Shown here in pieces: positions 25,042 to 35,684 of a stretch of 64,000 nt of DNA (positions are counted from its first letter, which is position 1; every line of letters begins with the position of its first letter). Position numbers and translations under genes: made by a program. The notes below the pieces were generated by a model. It was not told where the DNA came from. It did no database searches and saw only the letters and a program-made list of their open reading frames with translations. The DNA lies in the NCBI RefSeq assembly GCF_001194135.2, contig NC_068984.1:37822965-37886964 (forward strand), written 5' to 3'. The stretch is from Octopus bimaculoides (lineage: Eukaryota).

Positions 25042-25754
25042 TTGATTGTGGTTGGTTAAAGCAGAGAACACTCAGCTATACGAATTGCGTGAGGGTGTAT
25101 AATATAGTGATCACTATTAGACTACACACATACACAAACGCACGTATCTATCTCACACACTCTATCTATGCTTATATTTATAAGTGTACATTTAATGTTG
25201 GTGAAGATCAAGCAAGCAATTATGTATATTTTAGTATGTTTGCATATGTCACTTACCATTTTGATCAAGTATTAAATTCAATATTTGGACTTACATAGAA
25301 AGAGCCCTATGCAATTTGTATACAGTCTAGAATTTCATCGACTCTACATTCATTTCTTCACTAATTTTTATAGACATGAAATCCTTTAAAAGATATGAGA
25401 GTAGCGTCATGTATGTAACCGCAAAGAAAGTGATAGCTTACCATAATTAGTCATTACCCTTCCTTTAATTTGTTTATTTTTGTTTGTAGTTTTCATAATT
25501 AATTTCGTTATTTCGTTATTTTATTTGTTTTATGTCAATTCATTCTCACATTTATATTTTTGTCAATCGCCCCACCCCCGTGGAGCAACTGTCAACGAGT
25601 TCAGGCTGTACCAGGATAGACGTCCTGGAGGAGCCTCGATGTTGCCAGTTTCCTGTCACCTCTTGAGCCTGTTTGTCTTCGACCGTAGCGATCGGACGGG
25701 ATAACCCTTTTCCCGTTTGAGGGATGAGTGCAAGTCGCTTATCTGGGACGCCAT
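18923..25754 (-). CDS. Tentative four-exon small gene (25660-25754, 21467-21534, 20969-21024, 18923-19057), unknown product
   Basis: Phases chain 2/1/0 into a 118-aa ORF, MASQISDL...QDNGLKVNPMS...FFNNGIRLQ...EPFFLTSPV...RYTRGHILK*. Two acceptors are weak AAG and no homology was recognised. Confidence 0.25.
20002..20395. mobile_element. MITE with CAG...CTG termini
   Basis: cagtggcggatacagg versus the reverse complement of cctggatccgccctg, with subterminal gggcaacaccc motifs. No clear TSD. Confidence 0.65.
22060..22900 (-). pseudogene. Decayed restriction-like-endonuclease (R4/NeSL-type) non-LTR retrotransposon C-terminus
   Basis: HLEGYTFVIHEQEIITKY...CRLCHTSVEDIIYIIICCSKMSTRDYL..SDRVAKTVYNAL matches the EG..A.QEQ / CRLC..E...HI.S.C / RHD.VA motif series. 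Stops are present. Confidence 0.7.
23235..23410 (-). mobile_element. Tc1/mariner transposase C-terminal relic
   Basis: Minus strand KAAFTNLN...RF*SRLEAVVEANGDF. Confidence 0.6.
23835..24480 (-). pseudogene. Retrotransposon pol fragment (RT connection plus RNase H), Gypsy- or DIRS-like
   Basis: Open frame with the four RNase H acidic motifs: LWCDTS, NVAELDAV, IQTDS, RNKAD. Upstream SRRELFSMCGRLVGHY thumb-like motif. Confidence 0.75.
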
Positions 25755-26050
25755 CCTGTTGCGACACATTTTTTTTTTGTGTCGATCTTGTCCTCTCAAT
25801 CATTGACCCGGGAACCTGTAAAGCAGAAGAGCGGAAGATGGCCAAATACCAATTATTAACGGTAAGCATTCCTATTCCCTTTGTCTCTATTAAGAGACTG
25901 CCAGTTAAGCAGTCTGCAAACTGTCGCGTTCCTCCCTCAAAATGAGATGAAAACGTTGCACCAAGGAAAGAAATTCCATAGGTTAGGGGATACCACTGTC
26001 TGTTCTTCGCTGGCAAACTTTTGCCATCTTGTGCGTGGGGCGTAGATGAC
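25560..26050. promoter_or_regulatory. CpG-rich island, probable (bidirectional) promoter
   Basis: Locally GC- and CpG-rich with no recognised repeat. CGGAAG (ETS-like) overlaps AAGATGGC (YY1-like) at 25832-25842. Divergent ATGs at 25754 (-) and 25838 (+). Confidence 0.55.
25838..25861 (+). CDS. Candidate first coding exon of an unidentified plus-strand gene (MAKYQLLT)
   Basis: gaagATGGCC Kozak-like start and strong donor ACG|gtaagc. Downstream exons not established. Confidence 0.35.
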
Positions 26051-27275
26051 ATAAGTTCTTCAACGGTGTGTGGATTTTAGTTGTCATAACATATTTATAG
26101 CTACTGTTATTAAAGATGTTATTAAGTCCAACAATTTGCCCAGATGACACATTCTTGACAGTTGGTTCAATTAAATGAATTATGAGTTAGCAACGTTCGT
26201 TATTTACGTTTATTCACTCAGAAGAAAACAGTTTATATATTTGTAATTTTTCGCCCCCCCCCCCCCAAAAAAAAAATTGAGGATTTAAAAAAAATATTAT
26301 TTTCATGCCTTTATGTGTTTGTGTGCGCGTGATTGTTTTTGTCCCCCACCATTGCTTGACAACTAGTGTTGGTTTATTTACGTCCCTGTAACTCAGCAGT
26401 TCAGCCAAAGAGACTGATAGAATAGGTACCAAGCTTTAAAAAACAAATTGAATAAGTACTGGGATCATTCGTTTGGTGATTCTCCTGTATGATTGCTGTC
26501 AAAAGACCAGAGCAAATAAAAGTTAAAAGATATAAATTATAAAAAATATAATAAAATAAAAGTGAATATGACTTGCTCTCACCTTCATCAGAAGATCTAA
26601 TGAAGCATCTTCTATTATAGCCCAGGCCAACCAAAGCCTTTGAATGGATTTGGTTGACAGAAACTGAAAGAAGCCTATCATATCATCATCATCATCATTT
26701 AGCATTTGTGTTCAATGCTGTCATGGGTTTGACAGAATTCAGTGTGACCAAGGACTGCATTATGCTCCAGTGTCTGCTTTGGAATGGTTTCTACAACTGG
26801 ATGCCCTTCCTAATGTAACCACTTTACAATGTGGACAGGGTATTTTTTTTTTACTTGTACTATTGAGGTTGCCCTGCAGCCCTCAAAACAACAATCCCTG
26901 AGGTGGGGACAGGTTGGGGGCGTTCAGTTTCATGAGAGGATCTGCATGGTGATTCATAACTAGTAGAGAAAGAGAAAATGAACAGTAAGGGCTGCAAGAG
27001 ACAGATAATGGCAACAAAGTGCTTAGGTGGCCGCACAGAGCACTAGGTGAGTTGAAGAATTGGTATGCAAGGTTATATGGGAAGGAGAATGAAGGGATGA
27101 AAAGGCAGACTGCCAGAATGGGTAGGGTACAAGGGTTGATGAGCAAAGAGCCATGAATTAGGGAGATAGAGGGATGCAGAAGAGAGTGGAGGGGTGAGCA
27201 GTAGGAGTAGTAAAGATGATACAGTTGTCAGGGTGGAAAACAAGAGAGAGTGGGATGATATTATTCACATTAATC

Positions 27276-27392
27276 ACATTTGATGGATATTTGTCCTCAT
27301 CTTGTTTGTTGCTAACAACAAACAAAATTTGGACAAATATCTGTCAAATGTAAATAATGTACATAATTCCTCATCTCTTAAATATAGAACTG
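27276..27392. mobile_element. Fold-back fragment of the same PLE tail as 12751-12800
   Basis: acatttgatggatatttgtcc...ttgtttgttg-ctaa-caacaaacaa...ggacaaatatctgtcaaatgt hairpin (27276-27351). Confidence 0.7.
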
Positions 27393-30300
27393 TGGGATGA
27401 TATAGTTGGGTAGTCTGCAGGAGCTGGTGGGGGATAGGGAGAAGAGGCAGGTCTAATGCTCAGGAAAAGGGGTATGAGTCACTGTAATGTGGGCAAAGAG
27501 CACAATTTGTAGCACTTCCAGAACTCAGTTTTACTGATAAAAGTGGGTCTTTTAAAGAATATTCATATTGCCAGAGATCCTGGCCCTTTGTCAGGCTCTG
27601 AGTCCTGAGGTCACCCTTTACCACTTCATCTCATTTCTTCATGGGTTACCCACATCTGCAAGCTCCAGTTACATTTAGTGATCAGCACTTTTTTATGCAG
27701 CTGTCCTCATCCAAATCCATCACATGTCCATACCAGTGTAGGCTTCTTTCCTGCATACAACATCTAATTCTTCTTATGCCCAGTTTTTTTCACTCAGCAT
27801 TTTTGTTCTAACTCTTTCTTGCTTACTTACAATGCATATCTGACAGAGTATGCTTGCCTCATTTCCTTTCAGTCCTCTGCATTCAAGGCCCTTGTCTCAC
27901 TACCATGCAGCATTGCAGTTCTAGCACAAGCATCGTAGTTTGCCTGTCACTCTTAGAGAAAAGATCTTTGTTGTCAGCAATAGTAGTAGACTCCTGAACT
28001 TTCTCCATGTGTATGTCTTTGTGTTTGTGTTTATCTCTCACCACTCAATTGACAACTGGTGTTGGTTTGTTTACATACTCATAACTTAGCAGTTTGGCCA
28101 AAAAAAAACAATAGAATAAGTACCAAACCTAAAAAATAAGTACTGAGATCACTTTGTTTGACTAAACTGTTCAAAGTGGTGTCCCTGCCTGGTTGTAGTC
28201 CAATGACTAAAACAACTATATAATAAAAGATGAAAGATGTACTCAGACATCATCCACAGTCAAACTAAAATCATACAAGAACTTCTTTCCATGAATGAAG
28301 AGCTAATAGTGTACACTAATAGTATAGCAAATTCATCAGTCAAGCAACTGACCATCAACAGAGAATCTATGTTTGGCTCAATGTGAGTAAATCTATAGAA
28401 ATAGTGAATCTAAAACATGATCTGTTTATATCAAATATGTGGAACTATTTTGGAGAAGAGTTTACCTTGAATAAACTCCTGAGCTTTAGAGAATGTTCTG
28501 GAAATAAGATAATAACTCTTAATAGCTGAGGTGTAGCTTGCACCACATTGAGGAATAGGACAAATGTGTCTATCAAACCAATACCTAATCTAGGACTGAA
28601 GGGGCCTCTACTTAGTCACTCAACCTGCTAGAAATAGCAAACAAATTAAATTCATGATCCCCAATGACATATATTCTCTTTATTGCAGCCCATTCATATT
28701 GTGCAAGGTTTTTCTAACCTTATCAATGTTGCAGAATGATATTTAAGCCACAAAGTCATACCTTCAATCTTGACTGACTGGATTAGCTTTGCTCTCCATT
28801 GCTGTGCACTTAGTTTTTGAAGTGTACTGTCATAAAGTAATACAATGGCTCCCAATTTTTTCATCACCAAGGGCCCCTATCATTGAAACGAATTTTGCTA
28901 TAGATCCTAGACTTTCGAAGAGCTGCTTACTCAAGAGGTTTTTTTTAAATTTATCTTTTATTAACAAAAAATAAACTTAATTTTTCAGTTTCATTTTTTA
29001 ATTGAAAGATATATGTGACTGAATAATTATATGTTAACTGACTAATTATAAATTCTGAGCACAACTCATGGGACCCCAGGCTGAGAAACATTGAAGTAAC
29101 AGATGACTCTTCAAGAATAAAGTTTAGATTAAAACAGCTTGTAGTTATTGCATACATTTTCCCTGCTTCATTTTGTTTTTTATCTTTTGTTTATGTATTT
29201 GTTTTGCAAGATTCTTGATGTGAAAACATGTGTTGAAACAGATTGTGTTACACTTGGGGACAGTCATTTTTTTTCAATTAAACACACACACTATTTATTT
29301 GATCTTCACTTTAGTTTTTATTTGTATTATTTTTAGTTTATATGTTTGTCAAAGTTCTTTTGTCACAAACTCTATGACCTATTGAGTGGCTCTCTGGGAA
29401 AAAGCAGGACAAGAGGAGACATGGGACAGAGAGCTACTGAAGAGGTTACAGAAGGTGTGATGAAAGAACTTTGACAGATGTATAAGCTAAAAATAATGTG
29501 AATAAAAACTAAAGCGAAGATCAAATAAATAGTGTGTGTATTTAATTGGCAGAAAGTGACCATCCCAAAGTATAACAATGTTTTTTTTATTTTATTTTAT
29601 TTAAAATAATAACTTGCCTTTTTTTTTTTAAATTAAGATTTGTGAATAACTATCAAACCTTTTGTGTGTGTGTGTGAATTTTGCCCACTCTCCTTTTGTA
29701 TTTTTGCACACTTTTTTATCTCACTCACCCTCTCCAGTCATCTGTACCACTTATATATCCCTACCTGTAACTTGAGGGTACACCCCAACACATCTTCATA
29801 AGGAGTCTTGTCTTGCAAGTTAATTGGTGAACTTGCTGATGCTGGTGTGATGTAAAAAGCACCCAGTACACTGTATGAAGTATCCAGCAATAGAAACTAT
29901 GCTAAAGCAGACAGCAGAGTTTGATGCAGTTCTCTGGAGCACCAGCTCCTGTCAAATCGTTCAACCCCTACCAGCATGGAAAACTGACATTAAATGATGA
30001 TGATGATGACAACGATAAACATAACAATTATGTACTTCTTTTGAAAATGTACTATCCTTGTTTGGTTTTAAATACAAGTTAAAAATGTAGACGAATTTGA
30101 AAGTCCAGGCATCTCTTAAACTCTAAATCTGGCTATATAGCCTTGGTTTTGAGCTGAAATGCATATAATACAACCAAGTTATACATACTTAGCATACAAA
30201 TACATCTGGAGCAGGAGCCTCTATAATGTCACTCAGCCTACTAGAAATAATAGCTAAATCTCTCTAAAAATCAAACCTACTGTTTTAAATATAAACCTCT

Positions 30301-30646
30301 CCTCAAAAAGTATATATATATATATATATATATATATNNNNNNNNNNNNNNNNNNNNNNNNNNNNNNNNNNNNNNNNNNNNNNNNNNNNNNNNNNNNNNN
30401 NNNNNNNNNNNNNNNNNNNNNNNNNNNNNNNNNNNNNNNNNNNNNNNNNNNNNNNNNNNNNNNNNNNNNNNNNNNNNNNNNNNNNNNNNNNNNNNNNNNN
30501 NNNNNNNNNNNNNNNNNNNNNNNNNNNNNNNNNNNNNNNNNNNNNNNNNNNNNNNNNNNNNNNNNNNNNNNNNNNNNNNNNNNNNNNNNNNNNNNNNNNN
30601 NNNNNNNNNNNNNNNNNNNNNNNNNNNNNNNNATATATATATATAT

Positions 30647-30919
30647 AAACAGTGTATAGATGCCTGTAGATGTTTACCTCCCAAGTCAGCTTTGGTTCAG
30701 CAAAACTATGTCCAAATGCATTCCAGCTATGACCATCCTATCATTTTAGGAGTATGTTGATTACATTGTGTAATATATATCATCATCATCATCATCACAA
30801 TGTAATCAACATACTCCTAAAATGATAGGATGGTCATAGCTGGAATGCATTTGGACATAGTTTTGCTGAACCAAAGCTGACTTGGGAGGTAAACATCTAC
30901 AGGCATCTATACACTGTTT
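30647..30919. repeat. Perfect 124-bp inverted repeat with a 25-nt spacer
   Basis: 30647-30770 is the exact reverse complement of 30796-30919. It lies next to an N gap. Confidence 0.9.
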
Positions 30920-31377
30920 TTAATGTACACATACATGCAGATGTGTTTCCTTTATAAATATAAACATGCAAACACAAGGTGGTTAATGCATACACCATAG
31001 AATAATATATCTAATTTACATATACACACATATACTAATATAACATTAATTCAAACTGATACATAATAATAAAACGTGTAACACATACACACACATCCAA
31101 AGAATATTTAACTTCCCTGAACACAAAATCCACCCGTTGAAAAAGAAAAACAAGGGAAAGTACCCCCATCTGTAAAAATATTTTCCATTATGTCACCACA
31201 TGATTAGTGGCACCAAGTAAGCAAATTATGGGTTAAGAAGAGTGTAACTCTTATCATGAGTTTAGAGAAGTACAATGACCTTGTGGGTCTAGAAACCAGC
31301 TTCTGAACTCATATTATATAAATAGTTGCCATCAATTAGAACGATTTGTGTTTTGTTATTAATGTTGTATTTTAGGG

Positions 31378-31905
31378 TGGAGGCGCAATGGCCCAGTGGT
31401 TAGGGCAGTGGACTTGCAGTCATAGGATCGCGGTTTCGATTCCCAGACTGGGCGTTGTGAGTGTTTATTGAGCGAAAATACCTAAAGCTCCATGAGGCTC
31501 CGGCAGGGGATGGTGGCGAACCCTGCTGTACTCTTCCACCACAACTTTCTTCCCGTTTCTGTTGTACCTGTATTTCAAAGGGTCAGCCTTGTCATGCTCT
31601 GTGTCACGCTGAATCTCCCCCGAGAACNNNNNNNNNNACCTAAAGCTCCATGAGGCTCCGGCAGGGGATGGTGGCGAACCCTGCTGTACTCTTCCACCAC
31701 AACTTTCTTCCCGTTTCTGTTGTACCTGTATTTCAAAGGGTCAGCCTTGTCATGCTCTGTGTCACGCTGAATCTCCCCCGAGAACTACGTTAAGGGTACA
31801 CGTGTCTGTGGAGAGCTCAGCCACTTGCACGTTAATTTCACGAGCAGGCTGTTCCGTTGATTGGATCAACTGGAACCCTCGATGTCGTAAAAGACGGAGT
31901 GCCAA
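31378..31905 (+). mobile_element. Family-B SINE with a duplicated internal block across a 10-N gap
   Basis: Head tggaggcgcaatggcccagtgg; 31480-31627 is repeated at 31638-31785. Confidence 0.85.
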
Positions 31906-33119
31906 CAAAACAAATGTATTTTAGGGTAAATACTTGAACTTTGTTAAGCTAAGATTCTTTTCTAGGAAAGTTAACTTGTGAGTGACAAGTACATAATCTT
32001 AAATGGAAAAAACTGCATTTGTGGTTTAATATATTGGCTTTGAATCAAAGTGGAATGTGTTTTTGAATAAATAATTGGTTTTGTTTATAATATTCACCTT
32101 TTATTTATTTCAGTCACTGGGTTGTGGCTATGCTGAGACATCACCTTAAAGAGCTTAGTCAAACATATTGACTCTAGTACTTAATTTTTAAACCTTGGTA
32201 CTTATTCTATTGGCCATTTTTGCTAAACCGCTAAGTTACAAGGACATAAACAAACCAACACTTGTCAAGCAGTAGTTGGGGACAAACACAAAGATAAAGA
32301 CACATACACATATATATCTAAAAAGTGGGACACAGTAAAGTGACATGCACCACCAGCTTCTATATCTTCTGGTTATATCTGCACCACACCGGTAACATTT
32401 TACCAACTTACCTCAGGTTATACACTTCTCCATGATAGCACTGTGCATCCCTTTTGATTTTAGATTTGGTTGATCTGTTCATTGTAAAGTACCTTGATAT
32501 CTTTTTTACACTATTTCAGTGTTTGTGTATACATAGACACACATACATATGTTTGTGTTAATGCATGTGTGTGTGTATTTGTGCTCATGTGTGTAGAAGT
32601 GTACGTGTATGTATGTGTTTATGTATGTTTGTGTGTGCACACGTGTGTTTATTTTTTATTTTATTTTATTTTATATATACATCTTGAATGTTCCAAAACT
32701 TGGCCTGAACAGTCCTAAGTATTGTAGTAAAACATCATTCTTTACTTGGAATGAACTTGCATTCTAGTGAGTTCTGAGGAAGTGATATGTTTTAGTTGAA
32801 GAGACTCCTCACTGAGACTCTCTTTGCTGGACACTGAAAGCAGCTAGGAGACATTCAGCTTCCTGGTTGGCTTTTACTCCTGAGCATGTTGCATGAGCTG
32901 GCTAACTTACCAGCTTCTACAACATGCCCAATCGGCAAAGATCTCAAACTTGCAGTTGAAAAACAAAAATAACATCCCTTACCATAGGCAAGGAATGTAT
33001 TTTGCATGCATTAATTCCAACTCTACTTATTATTAACTGTATTGTTTCTTTCTAGGAATACTAACATCTGATTGTTCAAAGAAGACTTCAAAAGTAACTA
33101 GTATTGACTTCTCTTGAAA

Positions 33120-33340
33120 ATGGATAAAATTTGGTATTGTGGTGTTATCAAGAACTTTCAGAAAAAGGGTTTAATCCCCAAAGATATTCATGCTGACATG
33201 GTTGCTAGATTAGGGGATGATGCCCCAGTTTTATCCATAGGTGCAAAAGCGGGCAACTGTATTTAGGAGGGGAAGGGAGAGTCTTGAATATGACCCATGG
33301 TTTAGATGTCCTGAAACTGCAACCACCGAGGAAAACATTG
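33120..33340 (+). pseudogene. mariner transposase N-terminal HTH relic
   Basis: MDKIWYCGVIKNFQKKGLIPKDIHADMVARLGDDAP...FRRGRESLEYDP...TATTEENI, with one frameshift. Confidence 0.75.
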
Positions 33341-33599
33341 TGTTCACTACATGTTGAAGGATAAGAAATGCTATTAGCATATCAAATAGCAAATGCTAAG
33401 ACATGTTGTTGCCCTTGACTGTGTCCAGCACAAAAAACTTCCTAATAAAATTGTCAGCTATGGGCTTACCTATCATTCCCTTTTTTTTTCCCACTTGCAG
33501 GGACTGGATGAAATGGCAGTGCTCATGACCTTCACAGACCATTCTGGACTGACATCAATGACATTATTGTTCATCTTAAACCTTTGTAAATCAACATAA

Positions 33600-34600
33600 G
33601 ATATAAGGATGGTATTCCAGAGGATCACATTCTGAGAAGGAAGGATTGGGTATGATTAGTGCAAGGCAGGGTCTGGAGGAGGTAGCTTGACACAACGAGG
33701 GGGATAAGAGGAGAAGAGGGGGATAAGAGGAGAAGAGGCAAATGGGATAAAAATGTCTGAGTAGAAGTGGTATGAGTACAACCAACTCTGAAGGGCAGAG
33801 GCCATTATAGTATTAGTAGAGAGAGAAGACAGTGTGCCTATGAGAGAGGGAGCATGAGTAACTTTATGAATTGGGTGGCCTTTTTCTGGATGTGGTCTAG
33901 GGTATTTGTGTGTGCAGCAGCACCATCCCTGAGTTCTGTAGAGTTTCAATAATTAATGGAGGCTGAATTGCAAAGGCTCTAATGGAGTGCTGTTCAAGAT
34001 AAAGCAGAGTGCTCGTTGTGATGATGTTTTCTTGATACAAGTAATATTTGAGTTTTCTTGCAATTAAAATAGACAAGGTTGGAACGTTCTTATTGGAAGA
34101 TGCTTTTGAGACCTCTATTTACGAAGTCAGTGTGGGTTTGATTTATGATATTGATGAATGGTTAGGAAGTGTTAGGAATGAAAGATTGTTTCATCTGCAT
34201 AAGAGTGGATCTTGGATTAGAAATCTACCAGAAATTGAATTTCATTCTGTTAACTTTTGAATATCAGGGTCTGATGTTTCTGTACCCTATTGACCTATCT
34301 CAATAAGCTTTTAACCACATATCCCCTTCGCAGATATCTTTCATTACTCTATAATTTCTCCACACTGGTGCTCGTCAGTCATATACAACTTTGTCAAATT
34401 ATGCCAAGCATGCACATCTTTCAGAAACAAAGGTCTTTAAAAAAAATTCCTCTGACGAGGACTAAAAGTTTAGTTTCCTTCAACAGCACCAAAACACAGT
34501 TACTATACATCCCAGGGAAAAACACTATGGTTTTACTCACTACTCATAAACAACTAATCCCTAAAAGCATCCACAGAATTTACAGATGTTAGGCCCCACA
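33600..34600. mobile_element. Highly decayed CR1/L2-like LINE fragments on both strands
   Basis: Minus strand HSYAD(E) and FNCKKTQILL; plus strand PFAD and LVSFNSTKTQLL motif remnants. Confidence 0.45.
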
Positions 34601-35364
34601 GTCTCATATGATTTCTCATAATGACCAAGCCTCTATCACCTAATCACAGAAATGCTCACCTTCTTGTACCTTGAGAGTTTGCCAGAGCAAACTCTCAAGG
34701 TACCATCACAACTATCTTTATCGTCATCTTCTTCCTATTCACTTTTATATAACATGGGGTAAACACCAGTGCTTGTCTCTCTGTCCTACTTTAGTGTCTC
34801 AGTATCTGGTATAAAGCCACCTCCTCTCTCTAACACCCTTTCCTTTTAGTCATGTGGAATTTTCCCTATTCTGCTCTTTTTCTATCTTACAACTTACCTG
34901 GTGACCTTGTGCTGGTGGCACAAAATAAAACACCCAGTACACACTGTAAGGTGGCTGGTTTTAGGAGGGGCATTCTGCAGTAAAAAACACTTCAAAGCGG
35001 ACACTGGAGCTTGGTACAGCCCTAGCTTGCTGGATCCTGTCAAACTGTTCAGCCTATGCCCGCATGAGAAATGGATGCTAAATTATGATGATGGCACAAT
35101 GCTTTACAGTATTTGTTCTGGCTTTTTTGGTTTGAGTTCAAATTCCGAGGAGGCCATATTTGCCCTTCATTCTTTCAGGAATTGATAAATGAAGTTGTAG
35201 AGTAATAAGTTGAAATAAGAATTCAAAAAGAGTAGAAAGGACTCATTAATCCCATCAATGAGATCCATATTCAATTCATGCCAGTATGAGAAAACTGGAA
35301 AAAAATGAAAAAAATAAGAAAACACACACAAATAACAAACAAAAAAGTGGAACGTTTCAACACA

Positions 35365-35370
35365 TTTATT
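35365..35370 (-). terminator. Candidate NDUFS7 polyadenylation signal
   Basis: AATAAA on the minus strand about 220 nt past the stop codon, followed by a GT/T-rich tract. Confidence 0.5.
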
Positions 35371-35383
35371 TCATGAATATATA

Positions 35384-35431
<48 letters not shown>

Positions 35432-35586
35432 CCTTATTTCTTTGATGTTCATATTCAGAAAATAACAGCTTTCTTTGTACAGTTTCATCTTGCATGTGTC
35501 AAAGTGTAATAAATACTCAAAAACAAGATCTATGATAAAAAAAATAACAAAAAAAATTTAAAAAATTAAAAATCTAATCAAATGCA

Positions 35587-35684
35587 CTATTTTCTGTACC
35601 ACATTTGTAATGTATTCATTCGCTTAATCTTTTTCTGAAGTTGGAGTACACCATACAGGAGTGCTTCGGCCGTTGGAGGACACC
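35587..35684 (-). CDS. NDUFS7: NDUFS7 terminal coding exon (98 nt, phase-1 start, ends at TAG)
   Basis: tttcag|GG TGT CCT CCA ACG... reads (G)[31 protein letters not shown], the conserved PSST C-terminus. Phase matches the preceding donor CCA G|gtaag. Not in the ORF track. Confidence 0.96.

Noticed and set aside
25724-25945. AEERKMAKYQLL read as a restriction-like endonuclease (A..RK..KY) relic
   Set aside because: No PD-(D/E)xK or CCHC motifs upstream. The ATG context and strong donor fit a first exon better, though the relic reading is not fully excluded.
31480-31785. Tandem duplication inside a SINE (similar cases at 18320-18392 and 51450-51720)
   Set aside because: Each pair straddles a short N gap, typical of unmerged contig overlaps or haplotypes.
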